DNA of 64,000 nt from Candidatus Nealsonbacteria bacterium RIFOXYB1_FULL_40_15 (GTDB lineage: Bacteria; Patescibacteriota; Minisyncoccia; Minisyncoccales; GWA2-38-27), in contig MHMM01000010.1 of the NCBI GenBank assembly GCA_001821555.1, forward strand, positions 19,629 to 83,628. Reading direction: 5' to 3'. A model generated the notes under the pieces. The model ran no database searches. It was not told the DNA's origin and was given only the letters and a program-made list of their open reading frames with translations. A program made the translations under genes and the position numbers. This document shows positions 10,161 through 20,010 of the stretch, in pieces; position 1 is the stretch's first letter; every line of letters begins with the position of its first letter.

Positions 10161-10867
10161 TTTTTGTTTTCTTCCAGGATAAGCTTTGCTATCTTGCTGT
10201 CTAAGAGTTCGCAATTCGGTATTACGCAGTGCCCGCCTATCTTTCCTGGCATATATTTCAAGCAAGGCCTTGCGACTTCCGGCCTGCCGAGCTTTCCGTA
10301 CCCCTCGTTGTAGGATCTGTTCGCTTCTCTATACACTTTTTCAAAGTCCAGGCCCTTTTTATCGCACCATTTTTTGATTTCTTTGTTTAAAACTATCATC
10401 CATCCATACTGGGTGGTATCCCAAAGCTTTAAAGCTTCTGTGGTTTCAGAGGGCATCATTATCCTTGTCTTTAACCCGATCTTTCTTAGATGCTTTTCGG
10501 CCGTCTCTCCTGTTTCTTTACTATCAGCTCCTATATACTTAACGAATGTTTTTATTCCTTTAACAAGGTCGGGGTGCACTCCTCTTACCGGGCTGTGAAC
10601 TGCATTTGGGCCAATCCTCCGAACCGTTCCTATTTTTACAGTTGAGTGGACAATAACCAGATCGGGATTTGACTTTTTAATCTGCTTTTTCACAATTTTA
10701 ACAAAGCTGGCCGAGTATGGGATGCAGATATTCAAAACTCCGAGATTTTCCATACTGTCGTCTCTGTTTAGATCCTTTATCTTTGGCGTAATTCCCGACA
10801 AACGATAAATTTCGGCAATTGCTTTGCCTATTTCGCCAAACCCTAAAATTCCTACATTTTTATCCAT
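10148..10867 (-). CDS. Short UDP-glucose/GDP-mannose 6-dehydrogenase family protein
   Basis: GILGFGEIG Rossmann motif, HSTV, EALKL, IGGHCV catalytic Cys; only 239 aa. Confidence 0.75.
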   Translation of the reverse strand: MDKNVGILGFGEIGKAIAEIYRLSGITPKIKDLNRDDSMENLGVLNICIPYSASFVKIVKKQIKKSNPDLVIVHSTVKIGTVRRIGPNAVHSPVRGVHPDLVKGIKTFVKYIGADSKETGETAEKHLRKIGLKTRIMMPSETTEALKLWDTTQYGWMIVLNKEIKKWCDKKGLDFEKVYREANRSYNEGYGKLGRPEVARPCLKYMPGKIGGHCVIPNCELLDSKIAKLILEENKKCAE

Positions 10868-11693
10868 TGATTTTTCTATAATTAGGAGGACCGAATATCT
10901 TTATTCCCGACTTCTTTATTTTTTTAAAAGGCATAAAATAATAAAAACTCGCGAGCAAGCTAAAAAATACCGCTTTTTTAAATCCGGAGTAATCTTTCCT
11001 GTAATTTTTTCTGATCTGAAAATTATTCTTTAAATTTTGCCTTAACCCCTGTCTAAAAGTATTTTGTCCGGCCTGGAGATAATAAAGAAAATAATCCTGA
11101 AAATTATAAAGCTTTCCCAGCTTCCCCATTTTTAGGCAAAAATCCCAGTCCTCCGGAAATTCCGAATTTCCGGGATGCTCTTTATACCCTCCTACCTCAT
11201 CCGCCTTGTCTTTTCTGAAAACAATCGTTCCGTGGGAAAAAAGGTTGTCAAAAATAAGAGAACTCTTTATCATTTCATCCGTCTCCGGAAAAAAGCATCT
11301 GAACGCTTCGGCTCCCTTCTTGTCCAAAACAATCATTCCTCCCCCGGTTAAAACATATTCTGGATTATTTTCCAAAAATAAAACTTGTTTTTCAAGTTTT
11401 TTAGGATCCGACCACCAATCATCATCATCCAGCCGGGCTATGTATTTTCCGGAAGAATTCTTAATTCCTATATTAGAAGAAGCGCCTCTGGAAAAAGAAT
11501 CTGGTTCATTAAATATGTATTTTTTTCTGCAATTGAGATTTTTGGCAAGCTCTGCCGTTCCGTCCGAAGAACCATTGTCCACTATGATTAATTCAATGTT
11601 TTTATAGGTCTGGCCCAAAATGCTTGCAACCGCTTTCTTAAGATAATTTGCTCTGTTGCAGGTTGATATTATTATTGAGACTAAAGGAGTCAT
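10860..11693 (-). CDS. Glycosyltransferase family 2
   Basis: VSIIISTCNR, VDNGSSD, RLDDDD, EDWDF. Confidence 0.9.
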   Translation of the reverse strand: MTPLVSIIISTCNRANYLKKAVASILGQTYKNIELIIVDNGSSDGTAELAKNLNCRKKYIFNEPDSFSRGASSNIGIKNSSGKYIARLDDDDWWSDPKKLEKQVLFLENNPEYVLTGGGMIVLDKKGAEAFRCFFPETDEMIKSSLIFDNLFSHGTIVFRKDKADEVGGYKEHPGNSEFPEDWDFCLKMGKLGKLYNFQDYFLYYLQAGQNTFRQGLRQNLKNNFQIRKNYRKDYSGFKKAVFFSLLASFYYFMPFKKIKKSGIKIFGPPNYRKING

Positions 11694-12675
11694 TGAAATC
11701 GTTTATATGATTTTTATACCATTCTATTGTTTCTTTCAGGCCGTTTTGAATTGTCCACTCTGGTTCCCACCCAAGCTCTTTTTTAGCTTTTTCAAAAGAC
11801 ATAAACTGCTTGTCTATCTCTTTTATCACATCTTGATTGGACATCAAAACCGGCTTAATATCCTCTTTTCCCATTAAAGAAGAAATTAATTTTATGAGTT
11901 CTTGTATAGAAATAAGATTGGCTGAGCCAAAATTAAAGGCTTTTCCGCGCACATCTTTTCTATCCAATGCTTCTCCCAATAACAAATATGCTTTCACTGC
12001 GTCTTTTATGTAAATAAAATCTCTTCCCGCGGTTCCTTTGTTCCAGATAACCGGATCCTCCCCTTTCAAAATTTTTAATATCGTAGCGGGAATCACTCGC
12101 GAAATATTCGGATCTCCTCCGCCGTAAGTATTGGCGCACCTCGTGACCGCAATAGGCAAGTCGTAAGTGTTTGAAAAACATCTGGATAAAATATCGGCGC
12201 AAGCTTTTGACGCTTCGTAGGGAGAATTACCCAAAAGAGGCATATCTTCAGTATAGGGAAGGTTTTTATGTTCTCCATAGGCCTTATCACTGGAAGCTAC
12301 GACAATTCTCTCTATTCTAGAATGCATTCTGCACGCCTCAAGGACAATCCACGATCCCCTTATATTGGATTCTAGCGTAGACAAAGGAGACGCATTGGCT
12401 GTGCTTACAATTGGTTGAGCGGCAAGATGAAAAACCGAGTCTATATGATATTCGTTCAAAACTCTTGAAACCAAATCCAGGTCGCAAACAGATCCTGGGG
12501 TTATGGTCACTTTTCTTTCAATGCTTAAAAGATTTAGCGTCCCAAAACGGGGCCAATCCCTTAAGATAACAACGACGTTAGCTCCTTTTTCCACAAGCTC
12601 TGAACTTAAAGCTCCGCCGATAAACCCATTCCCCCCCGTCACAAGCACATTGCGGTTTTTCCAAAAATTATCCAT
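11638..12675 (-). CDS. NDP-sugar 4,6-dehydratase (CDP-glucose/GDP-mannose dehydratase-like)
   Basis: FWKNRNVLVTGGNGFIG, HLAAQPIV, ASSDKAYG, YEASK. Confidence 0.85.
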   Translation of the reverse strand: MDNFWKNRNVLVTGGNGFIGGALSSELVEKGANVVVILRDWPRFGTLNLLSIERKVTITPGSVCDLDLVSRVLNEYHIDSVFHLAAQPIVSTANASPLSTLESNIRGSWIVLEACRMHSRIERIVVASSDKAYGEHKNLPYTEDMPLLGNSPYEASKACADILSRCFSNTYDLPIAVTRCANTYGGGDPNISRVIPATILKILKGEDPVIWNKGTAGRDFIYIKDAVKAYLLLGEALDRKDVRGKAFNFGSANLISIQELIKLISSLMGKEDIKPVLMSNQDVIKEIDKQFMSFEKAKKELGWEPEWTIQNGLKETIEWYKNHINDFNDSFSLNNNINLQQSKLS

Positions 12676-13585
12676 ATATTTTTTCTTTATTTTCTAAATA
12701 CCATTCTACTGCCAGCTCCATTCCTTTTTCTAAGGGATATTCTGGCTTATAGCCAAGCAACTCTTTGGATTTTGAAATATCAGCCGAATACCTGATAACT
12801 TCTCCCGGCCGATTGGATTTGAAATTTATTCTGCTTGAACTCTTTAAAAGCTCTTTCAACAGCTCTGCTGTCTTAAAAAGGGACTCTCCTTTGCCATATG
12901 CTATGTTATAAGTATTATCTTTTATTTTAGGAAAATTTTCAATACCCTTTATAATGCCGTTTACGCAATCGTCTATATATGTAAAATCAAGGACTTTATC
13001 GGCTCCGTATATATCAACTTCTTCGCCTCTCATCATTTTCCCTATCAAGAGGGGCACAAAACGGTCTGTCAAATCATACATTCCGTAAACATTTGAAAAC
13101 CGGAAAACTACATACTCTATGCCATAGCATCTTTTATAACTGTAAACCATTGCCTCTCCGAAAAGCTTGCTTGCCCCGTAAGAACTTTCAGAAAGATGGA
13201 TATCCACGTCTTCTTCTTTAAAAGAGGGCAGATTCTTGTTTCCATAAACTTCCCTGCTGCTTGAGAAAATGAACTTCTTTATATTCTGCTTTCTTGCAAA
13301 CTCTAAAATGTTATAAATAGAAGAAACATTTTCAAAGGCAAGATCAGGATCCAAAACAAGATTATAAACCCTGGCGTTGGCAGCCAGATGAATTATAAGG
13401 TCAAAATCTCCCGGAAGGCCGTCTAGGCCGTCCAAAAGATCTCCTTTTATCGTGAGCTTGTCCAAATTAGAATGCCATATATTGGGCTTTCTATCAAAAC
13501 CGACAACTTTATGTCCTTTCTCCAAAAGCTTTTCAAAAACTCTTGTTCCTATTGTCCCGCTTGAACCTGTTAAAAGTATTTTCAT
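12668..13585 (-). CDS. NAD-dependent epimerase/dehydratase
   Basis: TGSSGTIG, SSSREVYG, YGASK, RFSNVYG. Confidence 0.9.
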   Translation of the reverse strand: MKILLTGSSGTIGTRVFEKLLEKGHKVVGFDRKPNIWHSNLDKLTIKGDLLDGLDGLPGDFDLIIHLAANARVYNLVLDPDLAFENVSSIYNILEFARKQNIKKFIFSSSREVYGNKNLPSFKEEDVDIHLSESSYGASKLFGEAMVYSYKRCYGIEYVVFRFSNVYGMYDLTDRFVPLLIGKMMRGEEVDIYGADKVLDFTYIDDCVNGIIKGIENFPKIKDNTYNIAYGKGESLFKTAELLKELLKSSSRINFKSNRPGEVIRYSADISKSKELLGYKPEYPLEKGMELAVEWYLENKEKIYG

Positions 13586-14361
13586 AAATAAGAGTAAAGG
13601 TAAGAAGAAAAACAGTATCCCAATGACTTTATAAATCCGGGATAATTTTTTCTGTGTTTGTTCCTTAATTTTATAACCAGCTTGAGCTTTCTCCTGATTT
13701 TTCTATTTCTTTCTTCGTAGTTCCCTAAGGCTTCTTTATCTAAATAATTTACAAAATATTCTTGAAAATTATAGAAGACCCCTCTTCCTCCCAGTTTGAG
13801 CCACAAATCATAATCTGCAAAAAAACCAAATTCTTCATCATACCGGCCTGTCTCCTGCCAATCTTTCTTCTTAAACATCGCTGCGCTGTGGTTGAATAAA
13901 TTACTTACTAGGATTTTTTTTCTTATGTCTTTATCGCTTTCGGGGAATAAATGCCTTGAAATCTCTTTTCTCCCATCCGTCTTTATAATTCCTCCTCCCG
14001 ACAGGACGCAATCTTGGTTTTCTTCCATAAATCTCACTTGCTTTCCAAGCTTTTCAGAATCAATCCATATGTCGTCATCATCCAGCCGAGCTATGTATTT
14101 TCCTGTTGAATTTTCTATTCCTATATTCAAGCTTTTCACAAACCCCAGATTCTTTTTATTATCTATAACCCTTGCCTTAAGATTTGAGATAATATTCAGA
14201 GTATTATCTTCCGATCCATCGTTAACAATTACTATTTCAAAATTTTTAAACGTTTGCGAATAAACGCTTTCAACTGCCCTGCCTATAAGCTTGGATCCGT
14301 TATAGGTCGGAATAACCACTGACACCAATGGCCCTGAATATATCCTGGAATCTTTTTTCAT
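13582..14361 (-). CDS. Glycosyltransferase family 2
   Basis: VSVVIPTYN, NDGSED, RLDDDD; resembles 10860..11693. Exact start uncertain. Confidence 0.88.
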   Translation of the reverse strand: MKKDSRIYSGPLVSVVIPTYNGSKLIGRAVESVYSQTFKNFEIVIVNDGSEDNTLNIISNLKARVIDNKKNLGFVKSLNIGIENSTGKYIARLDDDDIWIDSEKLGKQVRFMEENQDCVLSGGGIIKTDGRKEISRHLFPESDKDIRKKILVSNLFNHSAAMFKKKDWQETGRYDEEFGFFADYDLWLKLGGRGVFYNFQEYFVNYLDKEALGNYEERNRKIRRKLKLVIKLRNKHRKNYPGFIKSLGYCFSSYLYSYL

Positions 14362-15355
14362 AAGTATGCTCTTTGAGAGTCCTTTTATAGCCTTTTTCGG
14401 CTATTTCTTCCCTTTCTTTTTCGGCCTTTAAATAATATTTTATTTTATTAATCAAATCTTCCGTGTTTTTATATAGAACAATCTCCTCGTTTTCCTTATA
14501 ATATTCTCCTATATTATCTGCTTTTCCTGTTATCATAAATCCTCCGCAACCAGGAATTTCAAAAGTCCTGCCTTTTATCTGCTCTCTTTTTTTTGCTTGC
14601 ATTGATCTGAAGTTATCTATCCATGTTTTTGGAGGATTTATTTTCAAAGACCTTCCGGATAAAAATATTTTAGCTGAAGACTTTATAAGGTTGTCTTTTG
14701 AGCTTTTCGTAAGATTCAAATTTATCCTGCTTTCTGAAAATATCTTTATCATTTCGTCCTGGGAAATTCGGCCTGCAGGCCATCCCTTTCCCCAGCATTT
14801 AACATTAATCCCCGCTTTTCTCAATTTCTCAATGATCTGGGGCCTGTTTCCGTGCGGCTGGCCGACAAAACTAACATCATGCCTTTTTTCTCCCCCCAAG
14901 GGCTTATAAATAAAATGATTACAGGCCCACTGTGTTTTTATCACATTTTTAATTCCAATCCTATTATATTTTTCTGGGGCTTCGGAGTCGGTTGTCCCCG
15001 CCCAGGTAAAACAGGAAGCCCAATGCCTGGAAAAATTATAAAACCTCCAATGATCATCCGCAAACCAGTTAAATGTCAGAAATTCAGAACTTATCTTTTT
15101 TACGGTTTCTTTTTTTATCTCGTCCCCAAAAAGAAAGAAAAAGCAAAGATCGGGATTTTCTTTTCTGGCTGTCTCCAGCAAAAGTTCGTTCATTTTTTCT
15201 TTTCCATAATTAATCATCGCTTCATCAAATGGAAAGTAAACGACTTCATTCCCCATATTAACGAGAGAGTCGTAAAAGTTATAATGTTCAAATCCGAATC
15301 CTCTTTTTGGATCTCCATAATCATACTTTAAAGCGATGTAAAGAATTTTTGTCAT
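14300..15355 (-). CDS. CgeB-like GT-B glycosyltransferase
   Basis: NWFADD, DVSFVG, RINLN, RTFEIPGCGGF, HTYEKR. Confidence 0.8.
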   Translation of the reverse strand: MTKILYIALKYDYGDPKRGFGFEHYNFYDSLVNMGNEVVYFPFDEAMINYGKEKMNELLLETARKENPDLCFFFLFGDEIKKETVKKISSEFLTFNWFADDHWRFYNFSRHWASCFTWAGTTDSEAPEKYNRIGIKNVIKTQWACNHFIYKPLGGEKRHDVSFVGQPHGNRPQIIEKLRKAGINVKCWGKGWPAGRISQDEMIKIFSESRINLNLTKSSKDNLIKSSAKIFLSGRSLKINPPKTWIDNFRSMQAKKREQIKGRTFEIPGCGGFMITGKADNIGEYYKENEEIVLYKNTEDLINKIKYYLKAEKEREEIAEKGYKRTLKEHTYEKRFQDIFRAIGVSGYSDL

Positions 15356-16017
15356 ATGTCTTTAAGCCAGACGTCTAGCATTTCTTTTTCTGTTCCAACT
15401 AGAGACATAGAAAGTATTTCTTTTATTCTTTCTCTTTCGTTTATAAAAGAGGATGACTTTTTCGCTTTCACTTGTATGTTGGGCAAGATATCCCCCGCAA
15501 TTGGCTTCAAAAATCCGGGCAAGACTTTTCCAAGAGCGGCCGAAAAAAAGCTTTTAGCATATAAAGATTTCATCTGATTGAATTCAATATTTTCAAATCC
15601 CATTTTATCCAAGATAAAATTAAATTTATCTCTGCTCCAAAAGTCCTTGTGCACAGCCCAATCTGCCTCATGAGAGCCAAACATGTGCCTTCCTAACCTA
15701 AACTTCTTCTCTATATTGGAAGCAGAAACAAAAAGCTTGGCTGATTCTTCAAAGTCCGGAGTTTCTATAAATAGAACGCCCCCCGGCTTGAGCCATTTTC
15801 TCCAGTCGGAAAGCAGTTTTAAGGATTCCTGCCTTAGAAAATGCTCAAATAAATGATGGCTTCTAATTTCGTCTACGCTGTTTTCTTCATAGCTTAAAGT
15901 CCTGATATCCTGAAAGATATCGGCTTTGGGATTTACCAGGGTATGCTCTGAAGGAGGAAAATCAATATTAATGTATCCTTCTAAATACTTTTCTCCGCAT
16001 CCTAAATGAAGTTTCAT
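15352..16017 (-). CDS. Class I SAM-dependent methyltransferase domain protein
   Basis: KLHLGCG, HLFEH, LKPGG. Confidence 0.8.
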   Translation of the reverse strand: MKLHLGCGEKYLEGYINIDFPPSEHTLVNPKADIFQDIRTLSYEENSVDEIRSHHLFEHFLRQESLKLLSDWRKWLKPGGVLFIETPDFEESAKLFVSASNIEKKFRLGRHMFGSHEADWAVHKDFWSRDKFNFILDKMGFENIEFNQMKSLYAKSFFSAALGKVLPGFLKPIAGDILPNIQVKAKKSSSFINERERIKEILSMSLVGTEKEMLDVWLKDI

Positions 16018-18197
16018 GATTTTGTTATCTTATTTAGTAAATTCTTTCCAAAATTATATAATCTTGGCATTTTTCTGATGAGAAAACCGAACCTAACGCT
16101 TACAAACATTTTGAAATTAACTACAAGACTGTCTGTCCTAAACATATATTTTCCCACGAATTTCTTTTTAGAAAAAATTAAAGGAAGAATATTCCCTTTT
16201 GCATCTTTGTACCTGTGCCTCTTTATTCCGAATATAATTTTCAGCTTATAAAGCTTGATTTGCTTAAGATATCTTTTCAGCTGTTTTTTATAACTGCTGT
16301 TCCTTTGTCCCAGCTGATTGCCATGCGTCCTTCCGAAATTAGCTACGGAGGGAATGAATAAAGGAAGATATCCTGATTCGTTAAATCTGTAGTTAAATTC
16401 AAACCAGGGCTCCATATCCTCCTTCGGCTCTTCGGGAAAGCATTCTTCAAGAACTTTCTTTCTGACGCAGAAATTTCCCTCTGGAAGCCAAAAATTAGTT
16501 GAGAGCCAATAATAAATATATTCCTGCTTTTGGGGAGGCATTTCATTGTGGAATTGGAAATAAGATATTTCCTGTAATTTTCCTTCTTCGGACATATATT
16601 CAGGAAGCCCCCATACTAAAGAAATGTCAGGGTTAGCATCCATGGCTTCAATACATTTCTTTATCCAATCTTTATCAAGATAGCCGTCTGAAATTGAACA
16701 TTGAAATATATATTCTCCTTTTGCCATAGCCATCCCTTTTTTGAAAGCATAATATGACCCTTCGTCTTTTTCAGATACAAGGCGGATAAAAGGATATCTT
16801 TTCAGCATTTCCAATGTGCCATCCGTGGAAGCTCCGTCTATAATTAGATGTTCAAAATTATCATAAGTCTGGTTCTGTACGCTCTTCATCGTATCTTCAA
16901 GAAACTTTCCTGTGTTATACGACATTGTTATGACCGTAGCTTTGGGGTGTCCAGCAAGAGATCTTTGCCTGTTTTCAGAAAGTATTTCAGGCCTCTCCTT
17001 TTTTAAGTTATCCAGAGCGTCTTTTTCTTTGATTATTTCCGATTCTTCTTTTTTTATCAGTTCAACTATATCCGAAGATATTTTGTCTTTTTCTCTTATT
17101 TCCGAAACTGCATTTCCGAAAGACTTGATTCTAACTAGACATTCTTCAATTCTTTTTCCTAAAACCAAAGGGTGCATCCTTATATCATTTCCGTTATAAG
17201 AATAGGGGCTTTTAATATTCTTGAGGACCTGTTTTTTCTCCAGCAGTCCCATTATCCTGCTGTAATCCTTCCTGTCTTTCATATAGTCGTTCTTTATCCA
17301 GTTAAGAAGATTTGCCGAATGAACCAGAAAAGAGTCCCTTGAGGATGATTTCATCAGAATTTTCTGCTCAAAAGAGAATCCGCTCTCCTCTATTTCTTTT
17401 TCAATCTCGTTTAAAAAGTAAAGCTGGTGCCTTACGTAATAAAGCCACAGAAGAACAGGAGTTTCTAAACTGGGCATTCCTTTTATCAAGGGAGCGTCCG
17501 AAAGCATTCTCGGCCTGACCCGATAAGAAAAAAGTCTTTCATTTATAAAATGGCATTTCATTCCTTTCAGAAACAGTCTTGCCATCAAAAGATTGTCCAT
17601 ATTAGCTCTTAGATCGTCAAAGGGATCCTTAACTGTAGATTTTATGTAAAACTCGAACCTGAAAATCCCGAAAGCTATAGGCAGGCAGTTCCTTTTGTTT
17701 ATGTAAAAGCAAAAGTTATCCATCGGAGACCTTTCTTCTCCATAGGCGTCTTTGGCATCCAGGAAAGAAGAGCAGGTTATGTTATTATCCACGTCCACGA
17801 AATCCGCGTTAGCATAGGCCATATCAATATCTGGGTTCTGTTCTAAATAAGAAACTAGCTTTGAAATATATTCAGAATTCCAAAAATCATCGTCATTGGC
17901 CACCATCAAATACTTTCCTTTAGACAAGGAACAGCCGAAAAAAATTGCTTCTTCAGCCCTCATTTTTTCTTTGTCTAGAACATATTTTATCCTCTTGTCC
18001 TTCAAGGCATACTCTTTCAAAACTTCAGGCGTCTTATCGGAAGACAAACTGTCTATTATGATAAGTTCAAAATTCCTATAGCTCTGGCTCAAAAGAGAAT
18101 CCAATGCCTGGTTCAAAAGCGGCCTCCCAAAAGTCCGGTAGTCCCTAAAGGAATTATAAACAGGCATTACTATGCTTACTAGGGGTTTATTATCCAT
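16014..18197 (-). CDS. Two-domain family 2 glycosyltransferase
   Basis: GT2 domain 1 (VSIVMPVYN...NDDD), helical linker, GT2 domain 2 (TVITMSYN...IDGASTD). Confidence 0.85.
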   Translation of the reverse strand: MDNKPLVSIVMPVYNSFRDYRTFGRPLLNQALDSLLSQSYRNFELIIIDSLSSDKTPEVLKEYALKDKRIKYVLDKEKMRAEEAIFFGCSLSKGKYLMVANDDDFWNSEYISKLVSYLEQNPDIDMAYANADFVDVDNNITCSSFLDAKDAYGEERSPMDNFCFYINKRNCLPIAFGIFRFEFYIKSTVKDPFDDLRANMDNLLMARLFLKGMKCHFINERLFSYRVRPRMLSDAPLIKGMPSLETPVLLWLYYVRHQLYFLNEIEKEIEESGFSFEQKILMKSSSRDSFLVHSANLLNWIKNDYMKDRKDYSRIMGLLEKKQVLKNIKSPYSYNGNDIRMHPLVLGKRIEECLVRIKSFGNAVSEIREKDKISSDIVELIKKEESEIIKEKDALDNLKKERPEILSENRQRSLAGHPKATVITMSYNTGKFLEDTMKSVQNQTYDNFEHLIIDGASTDGTLEMLKRYPFIRLVSEKDEGSYYAFKKGMAMAKGEYIFQCSISDGYLDKDWIKKCIEAMDANPDISLVWGLPEYMSEEGKLQEISYFQFHNEMPPQKQEYIYYWLSTNFWLPEGNFCVRKKVLEECFPEEPKEDMEPWFEFNYRFNESGYLPLFIPSVANFGRTHGNQLGQRNSSYKKQLKRYLKQIKLYKLKIIFGIKRHRYKDAKGNILPLIFSKKKFVGKYMFRTDSLVVNFKMFVSVRFGFLIRKMPRLYNFGKNLLNKITKS

Positions 18198-19450
18198 TTT
18201 ACTGCTTCCAATAAATTATTTGCTAAGGGAAGGTCTCTTTTTAAAAGATGCTTTTGGTCTTTCATCCCATACCCTGTTTTTACTCCTATAAATCTGACTC
18301 CTGCGTTTTCTGCAGTTTTGGCATCAATTGTTGAATCTCCTACAAAAAAGCTTTCTTTAAGGTCTATGTTCAATTCGGAAACCGCTTTTTCTATCAGGCC
18401 TATCTTGGGCTTTCTGCAGAAGCAGTCTATTTTTAGCTCTTCTATCTCACCCTTGAATCCTTTCTCGGGATGGTGGGGACAATAATATACAGCGTCTATC
18501 TTAGCTCCTTTTGCCGAAAGCCCCGTTTCCATCTTTTTATGGATTTCTGAAAGGTCTGACTCTGTCATAAAACCCTTTGCTATCATTGCTTGGTTCGTGA
18601 CTATGACAGCCAGCATTCCGGAATCATTTATCATTCTGACTGCCTCTGGAGTGAAGTCATACATTTTAAAATCCTCCGCTCTGCTTAATTGATCCACCTC
18701 CTCATTTATAACCCCGTCTCTGTCCAAAAACACAGCTTTTCTTTTATTCTTTAAATTAAATTTGCTTATTTTCCCTAAAAAGTAATCTTCGTTTACTTTT
18801 TTTAACCTTTCGGGAGTTCCTATATCTTTAAAGTATTCCGGCGTGTTGTAGGCATACATCCTTTTTTCGGCCTGAATAACTTTCGGAAAAACATCTTTTT
18901 CAACGTCGCATTTGCCTTGAGGTATATATCCGAATATTTCGGGAGAAAACATCATTACCGAAGCTATGCTCAAATTCTGAAAGTTTTTAGAAACATCATG
19001 TGGCCTTGTATGAAGGCGGATAATCTCATCCATGCTGTTTTTTTCTACTAAGTCGCTGTCTAAAGGGTGATCGTTGGGATGAACTATTAAAGAAGCTAGA
19101 GGGTTTCTTTTTTGATTATGCCAGCCGACAAATCTTGGAACATCAAAATCCATCATAATATCTCCTGATAGGAATAAAAAATCTTCTTTTATTTCTTTTT
19201 CCAGCTGTTTCAACGCACCTGCTGTTCCTAATGGTTCTTTTTCCTGAACGCAATAAACTTGGCTCTTTAGATAGTCTTTCACCTGATCCCCCATATGCCC
19301 CAAAAGAACCGTGATATCGTCTATTCCGCCTTCTTTCAAAAGCGAAATCTGGTGCTCTATTACAGGTTTTTCTCCTATTTTCACCAGCGCTTTGGGCATA
19401 TTTGCTTTAAGGCGTGTTCCTTTTCCGCCTGCTGCGATAACTGCTTTCAT
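18179..19450 (-). CDS. gmhB: Bifunctional heptose-1-phosphate guanylyltransferase (HddC-like) / heptose-1,7-bisphosphate phosphatase (GmhB)
   Basis: AAGGKGTRL...PKAL NTP-transferase N-terminus; FLDRDGVIN, CPHHP, CRKP HAD-IIIA C-terminus; adjacent to gmhA and hddA. Confidence 0.88.
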   Translation of the reverse strand: MKAVIAAGGKGTRLKANMPKALVKIGEKPVIEHQISLLKEGGIDDITVLLGHMGDQVKDYLKSQVYCVQEKEPLGTAGALKQLEKEIKEDFLFLSGDIMMDFDVPRFVGWHNQKRNPLASLIVHPNDHPLDSDLVEKNSMDEIIRLHTRPHDVSKNFQNLSIASVMMFSPEIFGYIPQGKCDVEKDVFPKVIQAEKRMYAYNTPEYFKDIGTPERLKKVNEDYFLGKISKFNLKNKRKAVFLDRDGVINEEVDQLSRAEDFKMYDFTPEAVRMINDSGMLAVIVTNQAMIAKGFMTESDLSEIHKKMETGLSAKGAKIDAVYYCPHHPEKGFKGEIEELKIDCFCRKPKIGLIEKAVSELNIDLKESFFVGDSTIDAKTAENAGVRFIGVKTGYGMKDQKHLLKRDLPLANNLLEAVKWIINP

Positions 19451-20010
19451 GAGAAGATATTTTTTTCTATTAGTTCGCAGATAATATGGCCTATCATTAT
19501 ATGGGCCTCTTGGATTCTAGGCGTATCCTTGGAAGGAACTTTTATAATATGCCTGCACAGCTTAAACATTTTGCCTCCTCCCTCGCCCGTCATTCCTATT
19601 GTTATCATTTCCAGGTTGTTTGCGGTTTCCAAAGCTTTTACTATATTTTCTGAATTCCCGGATGTTGATATGCCGACCAAAACATCTCCCTTTTTCCCCA
19701 AAGCTCTTACCATTCTTGAAAAAACCTCTTGATAAGAATAGTCGTTTGCAACGGCGGTTAAAAAAGAGGCATTGCAGTGAAGGGCATCGGCCGGCAATGG
19801 GTCTCTGTCAAAGTAAAACCTTCCCGAAAGCTCGGCTGCCAAATGCTGGGCATCTGCGGCCGACCCCCCGTTTCCGCAAAAAAGGGCTTTTCCTCCTGAT
19901 TTAAAACAAGAAGTCATGACATCAGAAATTTCTTTGATTTCAGAAAGGATTTCTTCGTTTTCTAAAATCTTCTTTTTAACCTCTATTGAAGACAATATCC
20001 TGTTTTTCAT
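19447..20010 (-). CDS. gmhA: Sedoheptulose-7-phosphate isomerase
   Basis: CGNGGSAADAQH, ANDY, ISTSGNSEN, RIQEAH. Confidence 0.95.
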   Translation of the reverse strand: MKNRILSSIEVKKKILENEEILSEIKEISDVMTSCFKSGGKALFCGNGGSAADAQHLAAELSGRFYFDRDPLPADALHCNASFLTAVANDYSYQEVFSRMVRALGKKGDVLVGISTSGNSENIVKALETANNLEMITIGMTGEGGGKMFKLCRHIIKVPSKDTPRIQEAHIMIGHIICELIEKNIFS

